From assembly GCA_001938485.1 (NCBI GenBank), contig MQRK01227395.1, positions 1 to 55,085 of the forward strand: a DNA stretch of 55,085 nt, in the 5' to 3' direction. The notes under the pieces were generated by a model, which saw only the letters and a program-made list of their open reading frames with translations, was not told the origin of the DNA and made no database searches. A program made the translations under genes and the position numbers. Position 1 is the first letter of the stretch. Each line of letters begins with the position of its first letter. Below, one piece after another: positions 26,825-38,994 of the stretch. The stretch is from Girardia tigrina (lineage: Eukaryota).

Positions 26825-27326
26825 AAGAGTTATTTTGGGAGGGGCGATTGATCGAAATCAGCCCAGGTTAAGTTTCGGAATTCTGGAAGGGAATAATGGA
26901 AGAGATCAATCGCGAAACCGAAACCACCTGTTTAAGTAGTGATGATGTGGTGAGAATGTTTACAAGGTGTTGAAGTTTAATTGAAATTAGAATAAAGGAA
27001 AAGTGACTAAAAGTTGTCGACTGAGAAAGGCAGAAATATAGATGAGAGATTGAAATGCGTCCCAGGTTGATGGTCGATCAAAAGTTTATTTTGTGGAGGT
27101 GTTCTTGGTCTGGGTGATTGAAATTAACAAAAAGGTGAATAAAATAATGAGTGAATGAGTGATGTGAGATGAGAATTTGCCTGATTAGAAACGAAAAAGT
27201 TAGACTGTGTGATTTGAATGATGAGAATTAGTGCGATTGTTAACGAAAACATGACAAGGAATGAATGTGAAATCTTAAAATGGACTGTTGGGTATGATTG
27301 AGTATGAATCTGACCACTAGTGTTCA

Positions 27327-27500
27327 GAAGGGGGGAGAATGTTTGATTGTAAGATTAGGCGCGGTTGAGAAAACTATTGAAAAGCCTGTGGAAAAAGTCT
27401 GTCACTATCGAGTGAGCTAGAAAATAAAGAAAATCGCGAATTGACGGAACTATGTTTTCTGTTAATAATAAGCGTGCCAAAGTAAATTATATTTGCGCCA
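27327..27500 (+). mobile_element. Polypurine tract and probable start of the BEL 3' LTR (TG at 27340)
   Basis: GAAGGGGGGAGAA directly followed by TGTT; no matching 5' LTR found, so the end is undefined. Confidence 0.5.
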
Positions 27501-27519
27501 ATTGCAAAATGAAAATTTC

Positions 27520-28580
27520 TTATATAACAAAAGGAAACTAAAAATCCACCGATATCATTTCTATCTCAACCAAATCCGCGTCAGTCAAAAAGTTATAGAA
27601 ATTCTGGACTCTTCTAGTGCTGACCGTGTATTAGCAAATAAGTCAAATGAACATATCAAAAACTCTTCTCTTACTTCTATAAATCAAATATGGGAAAGCA
27701 ACCCGGAGCCCTTTGAAAGCAGTACTTTAAGAAGTGCTGCTGTTCCAAAGATTGAAATTTCTAATTTTCAAAGTGGTCCCAGTATTTCAATGTCAGGGAT
27801 TTCTTCCAGATTAGTTTCTTCGTTATCTGAAAATATTTCTAGAAGTTCAATCAATATTTTCGAGGATGCTTCCTACGGTTGGACCGACAAAATCAAAATC
27901 AAACAGAATTTCTTCTATGACAGAGATTAATTTAGAAAGCAAAAAAAGAAAAAAAACAACTCCGAATAAAAAGCTAATCAAACATGATTCTGTATTGCAA
28001 AGTATACAAATTAAACTCCGAATATTTCAGTTTACCGGTGAAACAAAATCAAAATCTTGAAAGGATTGAAGCATCAAAAAAAACCGGTTCAGTTAAGAAA
28101 GAGTCAAAAGAATTACGATTGATTCAAAGAAGTCTACAGATGAAATCAAGAAGTGTGAACATTCCAACAAATGGAAGTCATTAGAATTAGAATATGTAAA
28201 CAAAATCTCCAATCTAACAAGTTTAAATAAATCCTTGCAAAATCAATTATCCGAAGAAATAAAAAATAATAAAAAAAAGTCAAGAATTTCTTTCTGATAA
28301 ATCGAACCAACTTTTTTTAAAGGTTAGAGAAAAAGAAGATAAGTTAGCGAAACGAATTCTCTCAAAGTAATTTACAAAATCATCAATGATCTCGAAATAA
28401 AAGTAAATCAATTCTCAAAAAGTTGAAGTATTAGAGCAAATTAATTCTGAAAATGTAAAACAACTAAATGAGAAAAATCAGCAAAACGAATCTTTAAAGA
28501 CTTTTGAAACGAAATTAAAGAGTTTGATTTCAGAATTGAATCGTAAAATAAATAATTTGGAATCAAGCATGGTCAGTCGA
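27520..28580 (+). pseudogene. Degenerate Ser-rich then coiled-coil coding remnant, unidentified
   Basis: Fragmented ORFs with coding-like composition (e.g. 'EVLEQINSENVKQLNEKNQQNESLKTFETKLKSLISELNRKINNLE') and frameshifts at A-runs. Confidence 0.35.
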
Positions 28581-28768
28581 ATAATCCTGCTATTGATGTA
28601 ATAGTGACTCGAATTTTTAGTAAAAAAAAGTTTTTTTAGTTGATTTGATTTTCGAACATTTTTTTTGATTTTATTAAAAGGATTGAATAATTGTTTTTTG
28701 TTTAGTCGAATTAAAATAAAATATAGTTTTTCTGTGCGAATTTTGATTTTTTTTGATTAATGTAAAAA

Positions 28769-29195
28769 ATGAATATGGAAGATTTGGCCGCAAACGACCT
28801 AAAACAATTAATTATGATGAATATTTGGAGTCTGTTAAACGATGTGGCTTTGAATGTTTTGCGATGTGAAGATGTATCGAAATCGCAATGGAATTCCAGT
28901 TTTAGTGATGTGTATAAAGTGTGTTTCGCAAAGAAAGATGGAACTGAAGTTTATTCCGAATCTTTATATTTGGACTCATTTACTTTAATCGAAAGATGTA
29001 TCGATGAAATTCAAAAGCAATTGATTATGGTCGATATTAATGATTTTCTACCGGCATATGTGAAGAGAAGGGAAATTCTATACAAAGGCCTGGAATATTT
29101 GCATAGTTTGTATATTTACGTCAAAAACCGAAGACCAACCGAATCTGACATTTGCTATTCACAAACCGTACAATCACAGACCAGTGAGGTTATTG
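28769..29195 (+). pseudogene. CUL2: Intronless Cullin-2-like N-terminal fragment (cullin repeat 1)
   Basis: Motif similarity as above; appears to lack ~5 aa (the 'LNTQF' segment); the rest of the cullin is absent. Confidence 0.75.
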
Positions 29196-30227
29196 TTTTG
29201 AGCCCCCCGCGTCCCGCGACCCACCCACCATCGCCAACCCGCCGCAGCCACAATTCTGCGCTCGCTCTCGCATCACCAGTTGCTTTTCGAAAACTCTTAA
29301 CATTTGCTACTTCAAATGTCCATTTTCTATTTAATGGTGAATGGTACAAACAAATAGATGGGGTTGCAATGGGTTCACCATTGGCTCCGACGTTAGCCTC
29401 TATATTTCTTTCTTCCATTAAAGAAAAAATAGAATTGTTTTTGGGGAAAAAACCACTACTTTATAAGAGATATGTGGATGATATCTTTCTAGTCTTTGAA
29501 TCTCAAGAATATGTGTTTCATTTTCTAGATTACATGAATTCGATTCATCCAAATATAATCTTTACAGTAGAACAGGAAATAAACGGAAAATTACCATTCC
29601 TTGATTTGTTAATCGAAAGGAAAAATGATCATTATGAAACTGAAATATATCGAAAGAAAACTGATACTGGTTTGTACACCTCCATAAACAGTTTTTGTGA
29701 GTTTAAATATAAAAGGAATATGGTCAAAGGTTTCTTATACCGCTCTTGGTTTCTTTCTTCCACGTTTTCAAAATCTATTAAAAGTATTGATACATTGAGC
29801 AAGTTATTGAATAATAACGGTTATTCTAAGTCCATCATAGACAGAGTCACTCGTGAGACTGTAGATATTATAGTTGAGAATATGTTTTGCAATAAATCAC
29901 ATACTCCTTTAGGATTGTGTTCGGACATTGTTTATCAATACACATGTAATGGGTGCAATGCCACATACATCGGAGAGACTGCCCGTCATCNNNNNNNNNN
30001 NNNNNNNNNNNNNNNNNNNNNNNNNNNNNNNNNNNNNNNNNNNNNNNNNNNNNNNNNNNNNNNNNNNNNNNNNNNNNNNNNNNNNNNNNNNNNNNNAGAT
30101 TTTGTGCAAGCATTTTAAAAATTATTGGGAGAGAGTGTCATGTGAAGCATTGTTGATAAGATCATGTGATCCAAAAATCAATGTTCAAACAGCACTCTCA
30201 ACTAATTTGTTAAGATTTTTCGATTAG
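28769..30227 (+). CDS. Chimeric ORF: Cullin-2-like N-terminus + GC-rich linker + Penelope RT C-terminal half + GIY-YIG (frame across the N-gap inferred)
   Basis: No stop from 28769 to 29990. 'VSKSQWNSSFSDVYKVC', 'KGLEYLHSLYIY' and 'PTESDICY' align by eye with CUL2 'VERATWNDRFSDIYALC', 'KGADYMDCLYRY' and 'LTEADLQY'. Then GVAMGSPLAP, RYVDDIF, LPFLD and VYQYTCNGCNATYIGET. Confidence 0.75.
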
Positions 30228-30398
30228 ACTTACGTAAGTGATTGCATAATCATTCATTTCTTATATAAAAGCAATAAAAAACATAATCAGTGATCTGATG
30301 ATGACGATTAAACCATCGAAATATATTATCCTAAAATATATTTTTAAATGGCGTTTATTTGTTTATAATAAAAATTGCCCTCTTTTTTCAAGTTTATT
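29272..30398 (+). mobile_element. 5'-truncated Penelope-like element
   Basis: RT C-terminal motifs, thumb, GIY-YIG, and a 3' pseudo-LTR nearly identical to 40220-40420; 177-nt in-frame deletion relative to 39719-39899. Confidence 0.95.
30292..30330 (+). ncRNA. Minimal hammerhead ribozyme with decayed stem II
   Basis: GAU-CUGAUGA-U-GACGAU/uaa/ACCAUC-GAAA-UAUA-UU-AUC; two stem II mismatches relative to the 40316 copy. Confidence 0.7.
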
Positions 30399-30427
30399 TG
30401 TAATTCAATAAAAGATACCCAAATTAT

Positions 30428-30875
30428 CAGTAGCGTGCATGAGGAGGGTGGGCCAGAGGGCCATGACCCCTCCTGAGACTTCCAAAAATATTTTTTTTAG
30501 TCTATGTGTACAAACATGTAATCTTTTTTCATTATATTTGTATTCTTATAGCATTTCATTTTGGATTTAATTATTAATTTTGATATTGTTTAATAATAAA
30601 ATAAGTAATTGAAAGCGGTGTTTTAATTTAGTATCAATTAAAATTCTTTGGTTGTGCGGAATTTTCAAATGAAGAAGTTTACATCTGAGTATCGTAAAAT
30701 CGGTGCTTTTTTTCGAAAAGGTCAAAGCAATCAATTGAGGAAGAACCAGTTGAACTCATTGAAATAATGTCTAGCACTTCAAGCTCAAATTTTATAAATC
30801 CTAGCAAAGTAGCATGCATATGGGGGGGCAGAAGACCTTGGTCCTCCCCAGAACGACATTGAATGCACGCCTCTG
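30428..30875 (+). mobile_element. Non-autonomous hAT element
   Basis: TIRs CAGTAGCGTGCAT / CAGAGGCGTGCAT; 8-bp TSD CAAATTAT / CATATTAT (7 of 8 match); GC-run subtermini. Confidence 0.85.
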
Positions 30876-31854
30876 CATATTATTTATTACTTATTTAATT
30901 TTATTACTTTATTTAAATTTACATTACTTAATTAATTATTTAAACTTATTTATTCAAATCGTTTTAATTTTTTTTCCATACTTTAATTACTTTATTTATT
31001 TTTGAATTATATATTTTTTAATTTATTTAATTTATTTATACAATCTTTCCTAAACTTACAAAATGTTCGGTCAAACATTTAATTTTCCGCTGAGCAACAA
31101 AATGTTAAGTCAATGTCAAATTATAACTATTTGAATATATGGTATTGATGCCTTTAAAATTATACTTGATAAACTAATGTAATAATTTTGATCCACTAAG
31201 TGGAGCGATCGCGCAAAAGAATGATCCTCCAGGAGGAACAGATCAACTAAAAGATAAATAAAAATAGAAAAAATACGTATAAAAATATCATCAGTTTTGT
31301 ATGAAAAATGAAGATGTTGTTTATAAAATAATAATCAATTAGTAAGATGTTAATCGAATAATAAATTGTTTCGAAAACTGATTTATTGTTATATTTTGTT
31401 GACAATTAGTACCCATTTGAGTCAATGAGCATAAATGTGTAGTGATTTTATTTATATTTTCCTATTACTCTTAATGTTAGAAATAAATTAAAATGACAGT
31501 TCAATGAAACCAAATAAATATTGTTATTAAAAATACGTCAAATCCTGTTACTGTAGCGCATGAAATATAACTCTTTTAACAATTTATTTTTCTGGAGAAA
31601 ATGTTTCTCTTTTGCATAAAAGACACTTTTAAGGGAAAATAAAGCGAATCGAAATTTATAAACGACAAGCGATTCTTCTTGCAGGATAATGAGGAAAGTT
31701 TTATAGAAATTGATGAAGACTCAAAATTTATAATATTGTTTCATTCATAAAATTCCACTAAATAATTCATATATGAAAAAATCTATTAACTTTCAAAACA
31801 TATTTTGGGAAATATTTTTTTTTCATTTTAAAGTATAAATAATATATTCTCTTT

Positions 31855-31995
31855 TTACAATAAATCTCACGAAATTCCTTGTAGGAATTATCCAAATCGA
31901 CATTATTTGAATTCAATGTTGATTTAACAATCGGTCGACCAGCATGGCTTTCGGTCGCTGTCGTCGGCTTTCCAGGCGTCCTTCGGCGAAGGAAA
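31855..31995 (-). mobile_element. Fragment of the Helitron family seen at 48097-49116
   Basis: 'CACGAAATT..TGTAGGAAT...CATTATT.GAA' shared with about 48740 and 33270. Confidence 0.6.
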
Positions 31996-32262
31996 GAAGA
32001 AAATGATTTACCATTAATTTTGTAAAAAAATACTCTAAACCCTAACCTAAACACTAACCCTAACCCTTATCCCAAGCAAAATGACGAACTATAACAATAA
32101 TTCTTAACCCTAACCTTAAACCATAATCTCAATCCTATATAAATGAAATGTTGATATTATTATTATTAATAACAAAATTTTGCTAATTTATACTTGTTAG
32201 AAAAGCTGTTTGCAGCGCATAACTCGTCAAAAGTCGAGTCCATAAAATGAAATTTATTTTAC

Positions 32263-32610
32263 TAAATAATATTATTAATAAAAAAAAATTTTTATAAAAA
32301 CAACCACGTTTTTCAAGCATTACCAATGCACTAAAAAGAGGAAAATAATTTTTTTCTAGACATTTGAGAAATTTTATACCTAACCAAAAACGTGGGGCGG
32401 ATTTCTGAATTACTGCTATTAGTAACTGTTATTTCCTCTTTACTGTCTTTTAGTAACAATCGATCATTTCTGTGCCTCACGTTTTAGGTTAGGTATAAAA
32501 TTTCTTTACATGTCTAGAAAAAAATTATTTTCCTCTTTTTAGTGCATTGGTAATGCTTGAAAAACGTGGTTGTTTTTATAAAAAAAATTTTTTATTAATA
32601 ATATTATTTA
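32263..32610. repeat. Foldback: ~135-bp inverted arms with a ~70-bp spacer
   Basis: 32263-32399 is the near-exact reverse complement of 32473-32610. Confidence 0.9.
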
Positions 32611-32639
32611 ACTATTTTTAGTTATCATTTAGGAATTTT

Positions 32640-32815
32640 TTTTCAAAATTTTTTTTATCAAATTGTATTGTCATCGGAAGCAAGCCTGTATAAAAAAATT
32701 CAGCTCATTCGGATGACTGAAAGTGGTCGAAAAATCAATCGCAAGATTTGTTCCAGACAGACAAACAGACAAACAGACAAACAAACAAGAAAGCAAGCTA
32801 ATAAAAACGTGGTAA
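32640..32815 (+). mobile_element. Helentron/HINE-like terminal fragment with (GACA/CAAA)n microsatellite
   Basis: 'AAATTCAGCTCATTCGG...CAGACAGACAAACAGACAAAC...AAGCTAATAAAAACGTGGTAA' layout. Confidence 0.45.
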
Positions 32816-33204
32816 AAAGATTTAAATGTATAATAATATTTCATTATAGTAAAAAATTCATTTTTACAAAAATTAAATTATTCTAAAAATTAATTTATTT
32901 TTAAATAAACTTCAAAATTATTTCAATTCATTTTTTATAAAAAACGATTAACTTAATTTTAATTATTATAAACTTCTTATTATTTTGATATGCCATATTT
33001 TGTTTCATTTTAGGTCTTCAAAAGTTTATGAGTTCGCCCGAGATCATAACATTATAAGTCCCTTAATTTTCACTGTTAAAATATTTTAGATTTGCAATAT
33101 TAATAAAAAAATTATTTATAAATGAAATGTTGATATTATTTATTAATAACGAAAAATTTTAATTTATGCTAAATTTATTTTTAGCAATATAATTAGTAAA
33201 TTAG

Positions 33205-33512
33205 TGATAGAAATCGTCATTTATCAAATAAATTAGTATAATATTAGTATATTCATGAAATGTTTCGCGAAATCCCTTGTAGGAATCATCCAAATTGGTA
33301 TCATTCGAAATCGTTATTAATTTAACGGTTTTGGGTGGACTTCTTTGGCGTCGTAGAGTTTTTCGGTGAAAGCGATGTACCTACACAACCGCCTTAATGC
33401 GGGCTATCAGGATTAACCACGTCCTTCTGGTTCCTCCGCAATTTCGGATTTTACCCATAGCGTGACCGACAAACAAACAAAGAAACTAATATTTTAGACA
33501 AATATATTATAT
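33205..33512 (-). mobile_element. Diverged 5' part of the Helitron family seen at 48097-49116
   Basis: Shares 'TGCGGGCTATC..GATT.ACCACGT', 'TCCGCAATT' and 'ACAAACAAAGAAAC...TTTTAGACAAATA'. Confidence 0.7.
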
Positions 33513-34261
33513 TTTATTATTATTATCATTATTATACAAAGTCTTTCATAAACAAAAAATGGTATATTTTATCTTATAATGACAAAAGTTATACAAAGAT
33601 GAGTATTAAAACATTTGTATTTGAGAACTTAAGAAAACTCGAAAAAGTTTAAAAGTCTTACCAATATATAATTTTAATATATTATTTTTTAAAATGGAAG
33701 TTCTCGTATATAAATCAGAGGTGGGAAATCAAATGGTTCATTTTAAAAATTTCAATTATGTGTAACATTTGCAACTCGAAGACATGAAACAATTTTTGTA
33801 CATATAATAAAAACGTTTTCGGACTAAAAGTTATCTCGGTGTGGTCGCAATGTTTACCGACTGATATTACGAAATTTTTATCTGAATTTATAAATATGAG
33901 TCGGACATTTAAAAACTCAACTGAATGATTTATGAGATTTACGATTTCCTCTAACCGAAATTTCGTTTGTAAAATTCACTTTACTAATTACTTTTTTATA
34001 TTTATAAACTAAAAATTTTATAATATTTATCTTACTTTTTTTGAATTTTTTTTTAACACAAATTTTTGTAGGAATTAAATTTTGGTCTTTTTATTGTTTT
34101 ATGATATTAATTTAATAATAATAATAATTTTTTCAGTCCCTGACTTGTCCCAGAGGTCAGTCGTTATGGTCATGGTGCTGTCCATATTTAAAATAGTTTA
34201 GGATTTTGAATATATTCTTGTGATAATTGAAATTGTTCAGCTCAAAAACAATTGTTCAAGA

Positions 34262-35070
34262 TGGAAATTGGTTCAAAAGGTTCAACGAAGGCGACATTGA
34301 CCTCGGAGACAATGCACGTTCAGGCCGACCGATCACCGTAGATTCCGGAGCAATTCGTGAAGCCGTCGAGACAAATTCGTCAATAAACACCCGCAGATTG
34401 TCGGCCGAACTCGATATTCCTTAAACATTCATTGTACGACACCATCACGCTCTTGGCAATGTCACTAGACGATGTCGAGAAGTGCCTCATGAATTGACAC
34501 AAATTCAAGCCAAAAAGCGTTTCGAAACTTGTCAAAAATTGCTTGAAAATCCGCGCGATGATCGTTTCATCCGTCGAATTGTTACTTGCGATGAAAAGTG
34601 GGTTTACTTCAGTAATCCAGACCAACAATATCAATGGTTGGACCCCGGACAAATGGTGAAACCTGTAGCGAAACGAGATCGTTTCTCAAGGAAGGCACTT
34701 TTGTGTGTTTGGTGGAATTTCGAAGGCGTGATTCACTTCGAGCTGGTTCCAAATGGTCGTACCATCGACGCTGACCTTCACTGCGCCTAACTTGATCGAA
34801 TGTATGCGGCACTTGGCGAGAAATACTCCGCTTTGATCAATCGAAAGCGAGTTCTTCTACAACAAGACAATGCAAAACCGCACACCGCCAAACAATAAAA
34901 GGAAAAAATCAAAAATCTCGACGCCTTTGAACTTCTTCCACACCCAGCGTATAGACCGGATCTTACGCCATCCGAATATCACCTTTTCCGCTCTATGGCA
35001 CACTTTCTTCATGGTCGCAGTTTCAATAATCTGGCCGAGGTCGAAAACGGGTGTCACCAGTTCTTCGCTT
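34262..35070 (+). mobile_element. Second mariner transposase, truncated at both ends and inactivated
   Basis: WFKRF..G, RSGRP, VPHELT, TCDEKW, QDNAKPH, HPAYRPDLTPSEYHLF; internal stops; no TIRs found. Confidence 0.92.
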
Positions 35071-36182
35071 AATGCCACGTTAATTCCACCATAATTGTGT
35101 GTATGGATAGGCATGTCTAGACTTGTCTTGTGTGTTATGAATACTTCACGGTAACAAAGACCTAAATGTGGCCATTAGCCGAAAATTACAGTATCAGGAA
35201 AGAAAGAATAGGCTATTTCTCAGAAACTATACGTGCTGGAGCCAATCTGGAGCAATTTCTGGATTCAACATAAAAAGTTGTATAAGATTCCCATAAGTAC
35301 TTACTGGAAGCTGAAAATATGTTTCCATTTACTAATAATAATAAATTACACTAAAATTACTGTTAATTAAAATCTTTTTTAAGAAATTAACATTGTCTTT
35401 TTATTAAAACGGAAAACATTTAATATTTATTGTTTTACTATTTTTTTAAAATAATTTAAAAAATGTTTTGAAGAACAATTAAAAAAAACAAATGGAAATA
35501 CAAAACAATAAAACATCAATTAAAAATCTTTAGTTGTTTCAATGACTTTTGTGTTCCAGTTTCTTTTTATTTGTTCCAGAAATCACTTTGGGTACTTAAA
35601 TATTCGGACTGAATCTAGAGACAAAATATTTGCCTATTTTTTAATTATATTTCTCTTAAATTAAGTAAAAAAATGTTATAAGTGTACATCGAATTGTATT
35701 TATAAAGAGACAGAAACGATTACAAGTTTTGCTTAAGTAATGTGGGTTGAATTACTAACGTAAGTCAAAATTTACCGAACGATTTAATTAACGCTATATA
35801 TTGTTCATTATTTCGACAAATCTTGTACGTTCATTGAACAAATCTTCGGTACCTTTTCGATAGACTGTGGTACCCTTATTTTTATATTTCGGTACCTGTC
35901 TGGCTCTTTAAAGTGCTATTGAAGAGGTCAAGACAAATAATACAATTGTAATGTCAAGGTCGACATTACCATTCTAAACTGTGTATTGTAGTGCAGCGAT
36001 AATCCCCCAAAGACAAAATAAATATTAATTTGTTTGTAGACCAAAATTCATCTTTAAAAATATTTTTGGCCGGTCGATTTTGGATTGAATTTTCATATTA
36101 ATATCGGTTTTTCGGAAATGAGAAGACCATCTTTGACAAATCTTCGCCAGGTTAGATTGCAAGGTCCTGGCCCACCTACTCA

Positions 36183-36327
36183 TCTCGAATATCTGAACGC
36201 AGATCAACTTTTTGTACCAGTCTCACAACTTGATCGTCATATCGTCTCCGCTCGTCAGAATGAACGGTTTCGTTTGAAGAATGACGATGCAGCGAATATA
36301 TTCCGAGTGCGCCTCGAACGCGGCCAT
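36183..36327 (-). pseudogene. COPB2: Coatomer beta' (COPB2/Sec27) single WD40-repeat fragment
   Basis: '[45 protein letters not shown]' versus recalled COPB2 '[45 protein letters not shown]'; W codon mutated to TGA. Confidence 0.85.
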
Positions 36328-37469
36328 CCCTGATGGAAATTCCGGCGACATACGATCAATAATTTTAGCCCTAAGAAGGGTCATTTTTCGTTCTCCATAT
36401 AATGTCTTTTGCTGTAGTGATTTCATCACTCCATTAGATGCTTGCGTCAATTTAACGAGCAAGGAATTTTTTATGAGAAATCATTTAATATAATATTCGA
36501 TATTCAGAACTACGAATTCAAACTCAATATTTATTTTCAAATTATTGACCACAGTTTCCCATTGATTCATTTCTATTCAAACAGATTTTTCAACCCATAA
36601 TTAAAACCATTAAAAAGAATAAAACTCAAATTTCAAAATTCATTTTACACTCACATAATTCATGTAATAAAATTTTCTAATAAAAGAATTTAATAACCTT
36701 TACTTAAAAAATAAAATTTTATTTTTAACTTTTAGCTTCTTTTTTGTTCTTTGGTCCGATTTCGAATTCACCTCCCGTAGAACCAAATCAGCTTGGTACC
36801 CATTGATTTTATGGTTTCAGTATCTTACTCTTAGTTAAACGTTTCTCATTAATTTGTAGACATAATTTAATTAAAAATTATTAATAAATAATTTAATTTG
36901 AAATTCCACGTCTTTTGATAACTTAAAATAAAACTTGAATAATAGTTATTTTCAATAATTAATTGTTTAATTAATAAAATAATCTAATTATAATCAGTGA
37001 GATTTTGATTTGAATCCAACAAACATTCAACATCTGAGTTATTTTTATTTAAACATCTTAGGTGAGTCTTAAGAGGTCACATTTACTTTTCAAAAAATGA
37101 TTTATAGAATACAGTTTCTGGGGTTTTAGATGATAAATTGTCATATGTGAAGGATTTGGAAGATATTTGTGGTTTTTGCCATTCTTTTTCTTAGACTAGC
37201 CTTCATACATCCTAATAATTTCTTCTTTCTCGTTCTGCAACATTTCTTGTACTCTCTTTTCGATCATGTTCTTGAATTCGTATAGATAGATGACGAGTAG
37301 TCTCTTCAATGTATGGGACATTGCACTTCTTATATTTATATTCATCAAAATATCAGGACATAGTTTTAAAGGCGAACAGATTTATTACTGAAGATATTTT
37401 TAATTTTATAAAATCGTGATTTGATTTTAAAATTTAATTCATTGTTCATTGCTCTAAACAAGGCTTGTT

Positions 37470-38120
37470 TATTGATTATATGAATGAAAGGTAGTTTAGT
37501 ACGCATAAAACTTAGTATGAAGGTGCAAAAGAGAAAACACCATCTACAAACAATTGTTTAGAGTCATTCAATTAAGTAACAAAAAAGAGGATACATTAAG
37601 AGAACGATTACCCATTCAAAGATTTTTTGCATTGTGCTTAGAATCAGTGAATAAATGAAGTTATCTTTATGTCAATGAATTGAAGAGCTACAAAAATTAA
37701 ACATCAATAAATGTAAAAGAATGGACAAGTGGTTATCAATTGGCAAAGGACAAAAAAATCGTCACATCTAAAGAGTTAGCAAATAGTAAAGAATTTTATT
37801 GTCCACCGAAAGATGAAGTTAATCTAACAAATGAAGAAATTAAGAATGCTAAAGAAATGAATTGGAAAAAAGTTTGATAAATTCAAAAAAAGAGCGTTTG
37901 CAGCATGGATTGTTGAGTTACCAAAAGATGCAAACAAATGGCTGGAAGGTCTTTGTACATGCCAAAGTTTTTTCAAGTCATATATTTGCAAACATATAAT
38001 TGGAATAGCAATTCGTCTAAAATGTGGTAAACCACCGCCAAATGCAAAGATTAGTTAATTACTGAAAAAAACCAACGTGATACACCTCGTGAGCCTTCAA
38101 AGACATTGTTGGTTGATTAG
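37470..38120 (+). mobile_element. MULE-type transposase C-terminal half with SWIM zinc finger, degenerate
   Basis: 'PSTNNCLESFN' and 'CTCQSFFKSYICKHIIGIAIRL' (CxC...CxH). Confidence 0.8.
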
Positions 38121-38955
38121 ATAATAAAAACATGTGTTTATTTATATATTGTATTTATTTTTATTTTTGAAATAAATAATATTTAATTAAATACTATATA
38201 CGTATTATACTGATTATGAGGTTCGTGATTAAAATTGGAAGTCATAATTTGTAAACTTTATTTCTACTATAATTTTCATTATTGAAACAAATTTATGAGG
38301 AACAACATTTTAATTACATAATCCAGATCTCAAAATTCTAAATATAAATAATAATATCGATAAATATACAAATATGTTATTTTATTCAATTTTGTATAAA
38401 TCATATGTTGTTTTGCTTTATTATTTTTTACAATGTTTATTAATTGAAATATAAATTTAGATTTTTAAAAATATTTTAAAAAATTCAATTTTTAAATGTT
38501 TTTTTTGATTTTAATCATTCGATGATAAATTATTTTTTAATAAAAACCTTTTATTTATTTTCAATAAAAATTGCATTTTTTTTAAAATTTATTTTACTTA
38601 ATATTGATTTTATACATTAAAAAGTATTATGATTTTATTTTAAATAGTGTTACAAAATATATCAAAATCTTCTTTACAATATTCTTTAACTTGGAAGATG
38701 ATATTTTAATTGTGAATTTTTTAAAACTTCATTTTTTTAAAAATTTGTCCCAATTTAATTAAAATATTGTCATTACTCTAAAATTTTTTAAAAACTTATT
38801 TCATTTTAATTAGTGATATACTATCTGTGAACTATAATTTTTACAAAAATTATTTCGATTTAATTAGTAGAATTGTTACTATAAAATATATTTTTTAAAA
38901 AATCCTATTTATTTTAATTAAAAACAAATAAACGCCATTTAAAAACATATTTTAG

Positions 38956-38994
38956 GATAATATATTTCGATGGTTTAACCGTCATCATCAGATC
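38956..38994 (-). ncRNA. Minimal hammerhead ribozyme (inverted pLTR copy)
   Basis: CUGAUGA-U-GACGGU/uaa/ACCAUC-GAAA-UAUA-UU; one stem II mismatch. Confidence 0.75.

Noticed and set aside
30097-30118. ORF-track stop at 30118 for the 449-aa chimera
   Set aside because: It depends on the estimated gap length; the homologous frame continues to 30227.
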